Counted from the whole stretch's first letter, positions 47,482 through 60,862 are shown. The stretch is 62,701 nt of DNA, filler included, from Asterionella formosa (GCA_002256025.1; 4 parts of 4 records of this genome joined end to end with filler, not necessarily neighbours in it), one strand, 5' to 3'. Numbers and translations: made by a program. Notes: a model not told the origin generated them from the letters alone.

Positions 47482-48648
47482 TTAGAATAGGTACAATGAA
47501 TTTTGTTCCTCATCAAGGTCACTGTCGTCGCTGTGGCCCAGATCAACGCTTGATAGGGGACTGTCATTTAAGAATGAGTTGATTAATAGGATGGTAACTG
47601 GGTGACGGGGTTGGTCGTAGTGGACTTCCATTTTTTCATCAGGAAAGTCGTAGTAATTGCCTAGTGCGGCACATGCTTTTCCTTCCCCAATTAGTCTACC
47701 AGTGTCGTTACCGTAGGTGTCTTGAGTACCTGACGCATCAGTATGAGGGTTGAAGCTCACGTCTTTCATGGGAAAATGGACATTGTCATCCTGTTGATGT
47801 CGACGATGCTTCATCAAAAGGCATTGCATAGACTTTTGGAGATGCGGACTTCCAACATCGGTCGGTGCAGTCGAGCATCGGAGAGCAAGTGCGAACAGTC
47901 CTTTGAATGTGTAGACCTGAGCACCATAAAGGGTAAAGAACAACGGAAAACCGAGGACCTTCCAAACCATGCCCCACCCTCCAACAAATTCCCCGTTCAA
48001 GAGTACCAGACAATAATAGGTGGTGCTAGCGATGAACACAGTCGTTTTGAGTACAAAAGCCTGCGCAATTGCCAGGTAGAACAGCAATCTCTGGTACTTC
48101 TGTACCAAATTCAACCGAAACACGAATAATGCAATAAAACTTGCTTGCTCAGTGGTGGCGTAGAACCCCGTCATCATAGCCAGTCTAAGGTAAATGATAT
48201 CATTTGTATAGAAGAAAGCCGCGAAAACCAATTGCATCAAAACAAATATAAGTAAGCGAGTGCAAAGCAACGGAAAACCAAATTTCTCTCTAAAACTCAG
48301 CTCCCATATGTAGATGGTCAATATGCTTTGAATCGATAATGTCAACCATTTGAATCGAAAAGCGTTCGCTGCACTGATGTCATTGAATAACAAATCGTAT
48401 CCGCCGTAGATTTGTGCACCGAGAGCAAACGTAGTTCCGGCTAGCAAGATGATATATGTGACGGCGTTTTTCTTTTTTTCTTCTGAAAGCTTCATGAATG
48501 TAGACTTCGTTGATTGCATTTGCGACAGTGCTCTGCGCACAAGATGCGAAAGCATCCATGAGATCAAGAAACAATTCAGGGACATCCACGGGTACTGGAA
48601 TGGGCCGCAAAGTTGGTAAGGGGAGGCGTTTGGGTCGTTATCCACCAT
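47482..48648 (-). CDS. Multi-pass membrane protein of unknown function
   Basis: 388-aa ORF with about 7 hydrophobic segments and a polar C-terminal tail. Confidence 0.75.
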   Translation of the reverse strand: MVDNDPNASPYQLCGPFQYPWMSLNCFLISWMLSHLVRRALSQMQSTKSTFMKLSEEKKKNAVTYIILLAGTTFALGAQIYGGYDLLFNDISAANAFRFKWLTLSIQSILTIYIWELSFREKFGFPLLCTRLLIFVLMQLVFAAFFYTNDIIYLRLAMMTGFYATTEQASFIALFVFRLNLVQKYQRLLFYLAIAQAFVLKTTVFIASTTYYCLVLLNGEFVGGWGMVWKVLGFPLFFTLYGAQVYTFKGLFALALRCSTAPTDVGSPHLQKSMQCLLMKHRRHQQDDNVHFPMKDVSFNPHTDASGTQDTYGNDTGRLIGEGKACAALGNYYDFPDEKMEVHYDQPRHPVTILLINSFLNDSPLSSVDLGHSDDSDLDEEQNSLYLF

Positions 48649-49178
48649 ACTTCTACTGGTAGACTGCCAATAAGACAGAGGAAAGGAGCGGTCGAATTGA
48701 ACGCAAGATGTTCTACCGTAGGGTCAATTTATTATTTGCGATATTGCATCCCTTCTAGGCACCGTTTGAGTTTCTTATCCCAACAAAGGGTCTTGGCGGT
48801 TGTGTCCAACTTACCCTGCCGAATAAATAATTCATAAACGTACATTTGAAAATGATATTCAAAACCCATCATCATTCCCCTCTGGTCTTGAACAATCATA
48901 AATAAATGGATAATGTAACAAGATTCTTTTGATTTATGCCCGCTTCGATCGACAAACATTTTGTTACGATGATGCATTGGAAATATTTACAAAGCGTTTA
49001 GATATCAGTTGGGGTTTTATTATTTTGATTGGCCCAACCATAGTAAAACGTCAGCCACAATCTGAAGAAGGCTGCCGTCGCAACTACCTGGTACTGGTAG
49101 TAAGAAGCAATTCCCGCTCTAGGTACCATCTTGCCTGCCCTTCTTTCGTGCACATGAGTAATTTTTAGGCTCTAAGTA

Positions 49179-51379
49179 CGGTGAAATCTGGTGTCTCGTA
49201 TCCCCCAGATACCTGTACCCCCCCCCGTTTGTACATCTGGCGCAACACTCCCAAATATTTCATGTGTACAGAAAAAATAGCACAACATAAACGTATTCTA
49301 TTTATTGATATGTATTTTCGTATATTACCTGTTCCCTGTAAAGTATCATCACATATAGGCAACATGAGAATTGCGGACGACATTTGTGATGGCGAATTCC
49401 TTGGCCTCAGAGGTACCAACAATGGAAGAAGCTGTGAGCAGCATGCCTGCTGTGAGGCAATCGTGAGGCTGAATGATTGTGTTCGGTTCAAGGCATCAGT
49501 GGTCTCGATTGATGGAGTTGATCAGGCAGGTATCAAGGCTGTTCTGATCTTTGATGGGACGGAACTGAGCACGATTGGTTTCCTTGGCAAGAATATTGCA
49601 GCTTTGAAGAAAACAAGTGACAAGTTTGTCAAAAAGTTTGCTCAAGTCATTGAGCTCTAAGACTTTGGTGAAGATGCCGCCAAAAGGGCAAAAAGCAACA
49701 ATCACCTTCTTGGAGTTTGTTCATTCTAGCTTCTTGAGGACATCCAGATTCAGAAATAGATATTATGAAAACTGGACAAGCCTTCAAGTCCTTCGATCAA
49801 TCTACATTAGAGCATTAATAATTGTATTAGAAATTAGTATTTCAAGATTAGAATCACTTGGTTTAGTTTTTTTGTAGTTGTCAGCTTAATAGGGTTTGCC
49901 ATCCTGAATCTAATTGACGATAGTGATTGTTTCACTAAAATTAAATGTGTAAATAGACTATCAAATGATCTGATCCTACTTGAATAGTTAACAGCAGCAA
50001 ATCCCTCAAATCCAATGCTCCTCCAGGTATTGGTGATAGATTCAATTGAGACTCTAGCCCATGCCATTTCTACCCCCATTATGCAATGTGGTGCCTTTGC
50101 ACCATGGCATTTTCCACATTGGCGACCATGTAGTCTTCCCAGTATCCTCGCATGTAGTCCTTGAAGGGCTTATTAACAACTCCTACATCCAACACTTGAA
50201 GATTAGAAGTGTAGTCTGGGAGGGAAAAATCAACCTCAGTGCCGAAATCTTTAATTGCATCAACACAACGTCTTACCTTGTGGACAGTAAATCATCCACA
50301 AGAAGGAGGTGAATATGCTCACCGCCTTTTACCAACGCAAATGGTTGCCAAACTTTTTCGATCCATTGTAATAATTTGTCTGCATCAACCCAAGCTTTGG
50401 GTTGACAAGCATATTTCATACCGACCGGAAAAATTTGTTGATTGTTGTCTAGTAATCCCAGATGCCTGGTAATATGTCCATCCCTTGTTCCTGTAAATAC
50501 AAGGAATGGTGCCAACTTCTCATCACTCATTGTCACCAATAACAACACAGTGCAATGATTCAAATTACCTGTTGTTCAAAGCCCAATGGTCCTTTCGCCT
50601 CGGGTTGGCAAAGTCCTTGATCCAAACTTGTCAAAATTGATGTTCGTCTCATCAATATTGACAATGTTTTCAGCAGGAAATTCTAACTCAGCAATTTGAT
50701 TGTTGACATAGGAAACCAAATCCTGAGTCTTCTCCTGGGTCCATCCTTGTATTTTGAGTGACAAAAGTCACACGTCGGATGCCTGCCTCTGGATCAAACC
50801 TTCTTCCAGCAGGGTAATCTCCGCCACCTCCCCCGGAACCAGAGCAACCATACCATCCAGCATAGACTTCTAGCTCTGGATCTGCTTTGGCTGATCCAAA
50901 TATGCTCTGGTGGTTGCCTTGATATTGTTGGGCTTGATGTATGCTTCCGCAACAATATTTTTCTTCTGCCTGATTCAGATATATTTTTTCGTTGTCATGC
51001 TGATGATTCTGTAGAAAATGATTTGTTTGGCTGACATCAATTTCTATCACGATCAGTGTTGTAGAACCTACACAATTTATTGCATCTTGAATAAGATACA
51101 AATTGTACACACTCTAGAAATTTCTGTTGAAGTCATGACGAAATTCGGGCTCACTTGTGCTCCAAAAATAGAAATTCAATTGATCCTAGAAGCTGATTGA
51201 ACCTAAAACAATATTAAAGTTGCTATTTATGTTTTAGACTACGGAGAAAATGGTGGTGAAGTTGGTTTTTACCTAATGTTTGACGGCGATTATAAAAGGT
51301 CCAATGTCTTGTACTCTCCTCTAAGTAAAATCATTTGTGGCTGCGTACATTGAGGGGTACGAGACACCAGGTTTTACGG
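49179..51379 (-). mobile_element. pogo-like (Tc1/mariner superfamily) DNA transposon, decayed DDE_1 transposase
   Basis: TA|CGGTGAAATCTGGTGTCTCGTATCCCC ... GGGGTACGAGACACCAGGTTTTACGG|TA; NIVNIDETNI, EKLAPFLVFTG, QPKAWVD, LDVGVVNKPFKD motifs with frameshifts. Confidence 0.88.
49363..49760 (+). pseudogene. Second ORF inside the pogo element (NGRSCEQHACC motif), probably disrupted near 49660
   Basis: MRIADDICDGEFLGLRGTNNGRSCEQHACC...IKAVLIFDGTELSTIGFL; protein-like composition; convergent with the transposase. Confidence 0.5.
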
Positions 51380-51840
51380 TACTAGTTTGTTAAGTAATAA
51401 ATTTAGAGGCGATATGGGGCACCTTGCAGATTTTAACATGACAGCAAGAATGACGGTACCCTGGTAGAATATTTCAGATATTCCGGAATTATCATTCGTC
51501 CGATGAAATATGTACAATCAATGCGACTACTACAGGAATCCAACGAGAAGGCGAGCAATCCAAAAACCAACTGCATCTGTTTGACGACGAATCGCTACTG
51601 GATTCATTAATGAACTCATTTTGCTTCAGACTAAGCATGATGGACGATGATCGGCATGTTGAAAGGTGAGTTGCCGCAGTCACTTTTCAGGAGACAAACG
51701 AAAATGAGGTGAACATCTGAAATATCATAATCAAATCTGTATATGTTTTTTCTTAAGTAATACTAGACCCGTTGCAGATTTCGGCAATCCCAGGGCTGGA
51801 AAACCGAGGGGCAATTCTTGGCACAAATTGTAATTCCAAA

Positions 51841-52535
51841 ATGCGAACATAGGAAATATACAAAATATGTTTTAATGATGGGCAATATCGGACCCATTGC
51901 AAATTTTGATGTGAAGATAGGAAATATACAAAAAATATTTGATATGATGGGCTATAGCAAGCTAAAATTGATATTTTCACTCAATGAGTGGGTAGTAGGT
52001 AAGCGAATGGCACAACGATAGCTAGGTTGTGAATTGCCGCAACAATACCCTTCTTGCTTGGTGGCTACATGCCTTCTTGTGCACATGTGTACTCACAGGC
52101 ATGAGACCACCTCGAGCGTGTATCGGACTTTTGGCAAGATTTTATGTGAAGATAGGAAATATACAAAAAATATTTGATATGATGGGCTATAGCAAGCTAA
52201 AATTGATATTTTCACTCAATGAGTGGGCAATAGATAAGCGAATGGCGCAACGATAGCTAGGTTGTGAATTGCCGCAACAATACCCTTCTTGCTTGGTGGC
52301 TACATGCCTTCTTGTACACATGTGTACTCACAGGCATGAGACCACCTTGAGCTTGTATCGGAATTTTGGCAAGATTTTATGTGAAGAAAGGAAATATACA
52401 AAATTTATTATAAATGATGGGCGACAGCAAGCTTAATTTGACATTACACTCAATGAGTGGGCAGTACTAGGCAAGCGAATGGTGTGACGATACCTAGTTT
52501 CCGACGGCTACTTGCCTTCTTGTATACATGTGTAC
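51841..52535 (+). repeat. Tandem repeat, 235-bp unit, about 3 copies
   Basis: GTGAAGA(T/A)AGGAAATATACAAAA recurs at 51911, 52146 and 52381. Confidence 0.9.
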
Positions 52536-54875
52536 CCTTCTGGGATGGCACTCGTAGGGTGACCTTCTTGCAACGCTGGGGCTGCCACTTGTATGGTTAA
52601 CCTACTCATACCACCCAGCCTCAAACACATGTTTTCTCGCAGGCAAGAGCAGACCACCAAGGGCATGTCTTGCCTTCAGCCATTACGACTATATATCCAG
52701 AGACATGTATTACTATATAATTTTGCATTGGCGTAGCTTCAACTTTTATACTCCACAGTGTTGTAAATACTGTACTCAGGATGTAGGACCACTTTCTTGG
52801 TACTGTGTATGTACTAGACTTGTTCAAATGCTTCTTGAATCACTTTATAGTATAGCTATAGGTAAGTTATTCTATGTCAACTAGGGTATCAGGCACATCA
52901 AAAAGCAGCAAATCCCTTCCCTCTGTCTAAGGGCTGTTTCTATCATTTCGAAATTGGGGTTGTCTGTGAATGGAAACAGCATTAGGCCTTACACATTTGC
53001 GCTATTATCGACTGTCCCAAAATTATCGCAGTATGACAGGTTTTTAATTGATCATACATAGAAAGTTATTGATCACACGCAAAAAATTATTGATCAATAA
53101 CTTTTTGCGTGTTTGATCATAAACATATATATGCATGATAATATGCATATTGTTATTATTTCAAACAGTTTCTGATGTTGCATCAAATAGTGTACTACCA
53201 TTTGTATTATATATCGAATATCCTTGTATATCAATACATTCTAAACGCATTGATCAAACAATGTCATCGTCATTAATTTAGAACCATTACTGTGTTATCA
53301 AATGATTTTCCAAATTAAGATCTGATGATAGAAACCGTTTGATCATGTCAATTGATCTCTTGACCAACGTTTGGAGTGCTTTGATCAAATCGTATGTTAA
53401 ATTTTGACCTAAAGTAATTATTTCTACAGATCTAAGGAAATCCTACCATTGGTCAATTGTATTATCATGTTCGATCAATAATAATAACAAATCGAGTTAA
53501 ATGGATCAATATTAAATATTATATATATATATATTAATTGCTTCTGGTCACATATCCTTTCCACTGTACATCCCCCTTTAACAGAATGACGAGCACATAA
53601 TTGTCTTCAATAACTTTCACTCTGGTTCCGGTATGACCTTTGTTTATATCATTTACGTTGACATGTTTTCTTCAAGAGGAAATGAAAGAGTCAGCGAAAT
53701 TGTTCTTGTTATATTCAAAATTCACCTTAAAGAATGACTGCAAACTCACATTCTAACCTTCTTGTATCATTTTTCCTCTAGGAGATAAGAACAATGTTAG
53801 CGAAAGTGTTGCTACGAGTTAAACTATCTCCACATGGATGCAACGAAACGATCAAACAATTTATGATCACAAGCGGTCTTCTTTACACGCATGTGCACCG
53901 ACATGACGTCACATAGCGGTCTAGGAAAGAATTTTGTCAGTATGAACTTTTTCGTCGTCCTTTTCACAGGCATGAAAAAAATCAATATTGCGAAACCATT
54001 TGATTGGTCAACAGTTTGGCACAGTTCACCTTTGTCATTACTACAGTATAAAGCGACAATCACTCATCAAAGCAATCAACCAAAGCCCATGCTGCATAGT
54101 AAAAATCTCTGATATACTTGCTAGCTACTCAGCAATGTTGCAAGTTAAATTTGTGCTGTAGTATGTTGCGTTAGCTGCATGTTGGTAAAGCAGCTACTAT
54201 TCTAACAACTCATTGCATGTGTGGCATGTGGTTTTTCAATTAGACTGTTGACAAATAGAAGTTACAGCCTTGTAAATGATAGTTTGATAACGTAGTTGTC
54301 TTATCAGTTCTGTTTGCCATAAGTATAGAGTCTTAATGCTTTGTTTTCGTCGTCAATTCTGCCAAGTTCGAGTCCAATTGATTGCCAGCAATCATCGATT
54401 AATCACCCTGTTCTCCTTGCTAGAACCTTCATTCAAAGGTATTTGTTTAATAATAATCAATGTTAATGTTTGTAACTCCAGCAAATTTTTGATTGTTGAA
54501 TGAGACTGCTAATAGCTAGCTATCATTGAACATTCATGAATCATTTCATCTACATTCTATCATTGGTTGAGGTTGAAATGAAGTGATAGTGAGTCGTAAT
54601 TTACATATTCTGTGTATATCCTATAGTGACAACATTTTTTGTCATCTGCTCCTCCGCTTTGCAGTGTTTTATCAGTTCTTTTTGTATAATTAGGCATGCA
54701 TAATTAGGTGTGGTCCAGCCAAGGTATAAGTAATTCTTGTGTGTACATTTTGTACTGGCTATTATTTAGGTGTCGGTTTGACCTTAAATTCAGGGTGTGA
54801 GTGAAGAAGTTTACGGCATCCATGATACGTATTGTCAAGAATATAGCATCAATGGCTATAATGAGTCACAAGGAC

Positions 54876-55211
54876 TGTTGACTCGACTACAGTCCAATGA
54901 GTCAAATGGTGCGTTCCCATGTCAAGAAGCTTGCTAACGAGATTGATGTCTTAGATCAATCAGAAGAAGGTTTACATCAACGAAAAGTGAACACGAAGAA
55001 CAGGTTCTCGAAGTGTGATGAATGGGATTGAAACTTAGTTTTAGTTTAAGCTTATAATTAAGAAACAGTGAGAATTGACAGAGTAAGGTCAATAGCGAAA
55101 ACTACGACGAAGGCTAGCAGCAGAAAGAAGACAACAATACTAGTGGTATAACAGGTAAGTTCTACGTAAGAGGAACCCGTCAGACGGGAAGGAGAACGAG
55201 ACCTTTCAACA
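54876..55211. mobile_element. Possible solo LTR
   Basis: TGTTGA...TCAACA termini, 336 bp; no matching TSD seen. Confidence 0.35.
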
Positions 55212-55864
55212 ACGTTTACCAGTACGCCGAGTACAGGTACATGCTTATTATGTTGGCAGTTCTCTGATTCTTCCCGCCCACTGACGCGACAGGCGGAACG
55301 AGCATACATGCCGGTACTACTAATCATTTTTTAATGCATTAATATTGATATCCATATTCATGTATGGATGGTTACATTCGTTGACGGGAATAAAAGCCAT
55401 GTTGACATCGCGCAAGCCAAATTCTAGCACAATGTGGACTTCTGTTAGTAGAAAAGTGATGAAATGGGTATCGAGAGTACCAAATTTTCCCTCCCAGGTC
55501 ATTATGCATATCATCTTGAGATTCTTGGTTATCTAGGCGTGCTAATTATTTAGGCAGGCAGGATTTCTATATTTGAAATATTTTTTTTAGTCCATCGTAT
55601 AGCGGGGTGATGTGTGAGGGCAGGCGACAACAAGTAACAAAAAGGCAGTCAGTCAAGCAACCAAGTATAGCAGCCACCTAGGGTATTCATACGAGGAATA
55701 ATATCATTTCTTGCATATATTTCTTTAAATCATGCAAAGAGAAAACACGGAGAATCAAATAATGCTACCTGGGAAAACCAGGGTATCTCATGGCATTGCT
55801 GTCCTATAAGTAGCGTAGACGAGACAATACACTGCACTTAACAATAGCTCCTGATCCCACAAAC

Positions 55865-58159
55865 ATGCCTCCTTTAGAAACTGCGTCTGTTAGCCCCTCT
55901 GATGGGAGCGGTGAGAACAGTCCACCCAGAGCGAAGACACCGAGCAAGCGTGAGAAGCTACAAACACCACCTTCCTCGCACAAGCCTCTCCTGCCAAATT
56001 CGGATTCTACGAAACGCGGAATCTTTCATAGACTAAGTCATAAGAGCATCAAAGCTCGCGATGATTCTTTTGTGAAAAAGGAAGGACGCCAGCAAAGTAT
56101 GTCATGGAGTCGGATTCGATCGCATTCACCAAAGACGGCGCCTCTGACTATGGTTGCTGAGCTCCAGTTGGTCGAGGAAGACCCTGTAGTGGCCTTATTT
56201 GAAGCCAGACGCACACAACGAGTAAGATTTTGTCTTGAAGGAAAGCAACCGACAAGAGATCCTATTGCGAAGGTATCAGTGATCAAGGAAAAGCTGGATT
56301 CTTCCTTTAACATCAAGACTTTCATGAGCCGAGCACTTTTCAGAAACGGATCTATGAATTCATTTTTCCACCTAGACTCTTCAAAACCAGAAAGTGACAA
56401 GAGCAAAAACGCTGGTGACTTAGTCTGGGAATCAGCAGATATAGAGCATGGACCGGAGGTGGTTCATACTAGCAGTAGTGACAACCCCAACGGGCTGGGC
56501 ACTCTAAAGCTATCCTATACAGAAGACCCTGAGACACGAAAATTTGTCTTGAAATGCCTAAACAAGGGCCGCAGAGCACAATTTACTCATTTTCGGTATG
56601 ATTATGCAGTCAAAGCGCATGTCAGGGCACTTGACTCGTTGATCGAGGCGAAGTATCCTTCTGACCATCCACTAATGATGCGAGCGCGAAAGTCGCTCAA
56701 CAACGCCCATCACATGCTCCTTTCATACAAGAACTCTGCAAACATTGTCAAGATGGGAATCAAATACGAAGAATCTGGAGAGTTGGTCCGAGCATTGAAA
56801 ATGTACACCATCGCCTACCGTATGCGGAGGGATCAGCTTAGTAAAACTCATCCATCCTTAGTCGTTTTGTTGAATATCCTTGGAAGTATCCAAATCAAAC
56901 GAATGGAACTGAAGGAAGCTATGCAGATCTTTGAGTTGGCATTGAAAGAAGCTCCCGTTACGTACAGTTCTGATGATGCAAGTTACGAGGAGGTACCACC
57001 TCCTCCGAACAATTTGCTGGCAAGAGCGGTGACCTATAGGGATATGGGTACCATTCACGAAAAGTGGGGTGCAATTGAAAAAGCTTTAGTGATGTACCAT
57101 CGAAGTCTTGACTGTACTTCCCAGTGGAAGGACATGTCGTTTGCGAAGAAGGGCCTAGGAGTGTCTCTTGAGGCGGTTATAATTGAAGAACCTATTCTTG
57201 ATTCTATTTGCTCGCTTCAAATGAACAAGCCCTTTCGTTCCCTACCACATTCTGAGGAAAGCGTAGAAATTTCCGAGAGTGGTGCAATTGAAGTGTGCAC
57301 GGGGTTCCAATCGATAAACATGGCCGTGCTGGGTGATAGTACTGTTGCAGAAAACTACAACTCCTATTTTCCTGAACCGAAAACAAAGAAGAAGCGATCA
57401 AAGAAGGTCGTAGACCCAACAAGTGAAGGCTATGCCGATGTGGACATTGCCATGACTTTGCATCAAATTGCTCAAATGCATCGTCGACAGGGTCAATATG
57501 GACAAGCATTAGGGGCGTATAACGCAGCACTACGAGGGATGAAGCACGCCCTTGGTGATGTCCATCCAAACGTTGCTGCTATTCTCGCGAATATTGGGAA
57601 TCTTCAGAAAGAGTATGGAGATTTGGATGCCGCCTACGAGACATACCAAGAGGTGCTTGGAATTGAATCGTATCGACTTGGTTTTTCCCATCCAGAGGTT
57701 GTCGTCTCTTTGCACAATGTTGCCACCATTGAAGCTGCTAGAGGCAATTATGAGCATGCTTTGAATATTTACAACAAGGTTCACTTTCTTCAAACGAAGC
57801 TGTTCGGTGGGGATAACATCGCAATATCAGTCACCGCTGCATGTATGGGTGATGTGCACGAACGACTTGGCGATCTGAAGGCAGCAACAGACTGTTATGA
57901 GGAAGCGCTGAAGATTAAATTGTCTGCAATCGGACGCCACAATTTGGAAGTCGCACGGGTTCTTCATAAACTTGGAAAACTCGCCTTTCAACGAAAAGAA
58001 TTTAACGTTGCGGACTCATACATCTCAAGAGCCGTGTTGATTTACCGATTAAATCGACTTGGGGATGACAACGCTTGGGTATTCGATGCCTATCGAGATG
58101 CCGCTGATGTTGATGCAGCTATGGCTATGGCTAATCAGCAGTTCCTGGCAGAAGATTGA
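55865..58159 (+). CDS. Tetratricopeptide-repeat protein (kinesin-light-chain-type TPRs)
   Basis: 42-aa repeats LGDVHPNVAAILANIGNL...A...Y..L, LGFSHPEVVVSLHNVA; S/P-rich N-terminus. Confidence 0.9.
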   Translation: MPPLETASVSPSDGSGENSPPRAKTPSKREKLQTPPSSHKPLLPNSDSTKRGIFHRLSHKSIKARDDSFVKKEGRQQSMSWSRIRSHSPKTAPLTMVAELQLVEEDPVVALFEARRTQRVRFCLEGKQPTRDPIAKVSVIKEKLDSSFNIKTFMSRALFRNGSMNSFFHLDSSKPESDKSKNAGDLVWESADIEHGPEVVHTSSSDNPNGLGTLKLSYTEDPETRKFVLKCLNKGRRAQFTHFRYDYAVKAHVRALDSLIEAKYPSDHPLMMRARKSLNNAHHMLLSYKNSANIVKMGIKYEESGELVRALKMYTIAYRMRRDQLSKTHPSLVVLLNILGSIQIKRMELKEAMQIFELALKEAPVTYSSDDASYEEVPPPPNNLLARAVTYRDMGTIHEKWGAIEKALVMYHRSLDCTSQWKDMSFAKKGLGVSLEAVIIEEPILDSICSLQMNKPFRSLPHSEESVEISESGAIEVCTGFQSINMAVLGDSTVAENYNSYFPEPKTKKKRSKKVVDPTSEGYADVDIAMTLHQIAQMHRRQGQYGQALGAYNAALRGMKHALGDVHPNVAAILANIGNLQKEYGDLDAAYETYQEVLGIESYRLGFSHPEVVVSLHNVATIEAARGNYEHALNIYNKVHFLQTKLFGGDNIAISVTAACMGDVHERLGDLKAATDCYEEALKIKLSAIGRHNLEVARVLHKLGKLAFQRKEFNVADSYISRAVLIYRLNRLGDDNAWVFDAYRDAADVDAAMAMANQQFLAED

Positions 58160-60862
58160 ACAAGGAGCAGTCTTGGTCAGTTCCGTAGTGTGTAGACCCA
58201 TTGAAATATATTAGATGTTAGAGCACGGATTATCACCAAGCTTACTGCGCTCCTGCTAGTTCGAGAAAAAGGAGCAAGTATTCCAATATGAAGATGTCAT
58301 TGATGCCATTCCAGCCGACAATGAAGGAATACTTTGTCTTCCCTAGATTCAAATGTGAGTGGAAAAGTGTGTTGTTGCGCCATCACCGGAAAAGGTTGGT
58401 CAAACTGAATGCTATAGGCTTACAGGGTTCATGAGCATAGGGCCTAGGCTATTTTATCGACCGAGGTGATCTTCGTGGAAGGGTACAGTTATTCTAACAC
58501 ACTACTACTAGTAGCAACGTAAAACTAAATGTGTATGTGTATATGCTTAAGTGCTTTTGTAAAAGTTTTTTTATTTAATCCCACCAATGAACATTGAAGA
58601 TGTGCTTACGAAGCAATGGTACGTGAAACGAAAAGCATGATCATATTTCTGCAAATTCCACCTCATAAGTTCTAAAGTTAACGTATGTGGAAGGATGTGT
58701 AGGTGGCATTATGAACGACGGCGACGCTATAAAGGCGCTTCGGGAAGTCGTGTCTTCGACGCACTGTCCCATTCTCGACATGCATTCCAGAGCGTAATCC
58801 CATCTAGCCCGAATGTTACTTTCNNNNNNNNNNNNNNNNNNNNNNNNNNNNNNNNNNNNNNNNNNNNTTAATTAATTAANNNNNNNNNNNNNNNNNNNNN
58901 NNNNNNNNNNNNNNNNNNNNNNNCGGTAGTTTTGAATGGCTCTGGACTGTATTTCTCGTAACCACTCACTGTGAGCATCTTCGTACGTACGTAAGGACAG
59001 ACAATTTTAGCATTGTACCTGTACATACCTCTGGTGCTCCCTTCCCTCTGGTCGAAACCGATGAATTGCGTCAATTTGCAGCGGCTCAAGTGCCGAGCAG
59101 CTTGCTTTTAGGACAGATTGCGTAGTAGAATATATAGTAATTTTCTACCTGAAGGTACGCTTCCTCAAAAAGTGAGTTTTTAAAAAGTTACATAGTACCG
59201 TATGTAGTTGTGAACATATACTACTCGTCTGTTTCTGAAAATTAAATTATTAGCGTTTGAATAATTTAATGGAAACCAATTTAACATATATATATATATT
59301 TGTATACATATAAACATTCGGAACATGTACATACCACCAAATGCCTTTTTTTCGGCTGTTCCACGGCACCAGGTGAAAACCTATCTGGCCGCTTGCTTTG
59401 CCCTACCCCATCCATGTGGGGTGCTTGAGAGGCATAATGGGAGAATTCTTCCTCCTTTAAGCAATCACCTAATGCCATTTTACATCAGTTGGCCACTCAA
59501 ATATTTGCAAGAAACCAAATAAAGCATATCACTTTCATAATTATTATGTAGCTTGAATTACTGTCATTACATATACTTCCTATCATGGTAGTTACATTTT
59601 TACATGAACCATACTGCCGGATATTAAATGGTTCCAATCATCAAAACGAGCATAACATCCTTTTCTTCCTTCCCATCATAGCCGCTTTCGCAGTTGCACA
59701 ATCCATCCTTAAAGACATGTTACCATTGTTCTAGCTACTGTTAGTATGTTCGACTTTGTACGTATGTAGAGAATAGATGGACGGAAGTAAAATGGGTCCT
59801 CATGACTCTACATTTTGCTCAAGATAGCCAAAAGCGAAAATCGAGAAAAGCCCAAAAAGTTTTTTGAAATGTAGTTGCCAATTTTACTATTTCTATATTT
59901 ATTGTATAAATGGATCTGTAGCTTAGAGAAAGGCGCACATGAGGGCAATTAATCAGGAGAAAATTGTAAAAGTCAAAACACAACCCAGAGAAATTTTAAG
60001 AATTGACGCAATTTTTTTGTCTAAAGAGTGTAACTAAGTGTGTTCCTAAATTTGCATCCATCCAAACATACTGGAGAGTGGGGAGGGGGGCTCGCTGAAT
60101 TCACAGCCTGTCTGAGATACTCATACTGCCGGTAGTTGAGGTGATGTAATGCAACACAAGCTATGTATGTTATAGACCAAGAACACTACAATGCCAACAG
60201 CCACCTATATGCAATGCACTAGGCAGAATGGTAATTTTTGACTCCCATGGCGACTTTACTGTTGCGAAGCCAATTTAATGGCAGTTGTCGCCACATTGGT
60301 TTCTGCTTTTGGAACAATCACAACCAAACAGAACTTTCTGATGCGAAGATTCAACAGTGCCCAAATTTCGAAAGTATCAAATCTGTTTCTATCATCTTCG
60401 TTTTGAATTGTGCATCTCTAAATTGCATTAAAAAAAGGCGCCGTTGGCGACTTCAATTCTCGTCGTCAATATTAGTGTAATTACAATCATTTTTAACGAT
60501 TGTATTTTTTTATATTGTGCTTGATATACGTACCAATAGGAAAGCGTTGTTCTCAAATTTCGTGGAAATATTCGCTATTTTCGTCATGGTCAAGGCTGTG
60601 ATGATATGATGAAGGATTCTCCAGCTGATCACAAAGCATACACTCTAGTGTTTTGTATACATAAAAGAATCGCAAAAACTCAGCTAAATAAATCGTTTTT
60701 GTTGTGCAGCTTCTGTGAAAGTGGTCTCAAATCTTTTCATATCGTCATCATTTTGAATTGTGNNNNNNNNNNNNNNNNNNNNNNNNNNNNNNNNNNNNNN
60801 NNNNNNTTAATTAATTAANNNNNNNNNNNNNNNNNNNNNNNNNNNNNNNNNNNNNNNNNNNN

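Noticed and set aside
51841..52535. CRISPR array
   Set aside because: Whole units repeat with no unique spacers, no cas genes, eukaryotic context
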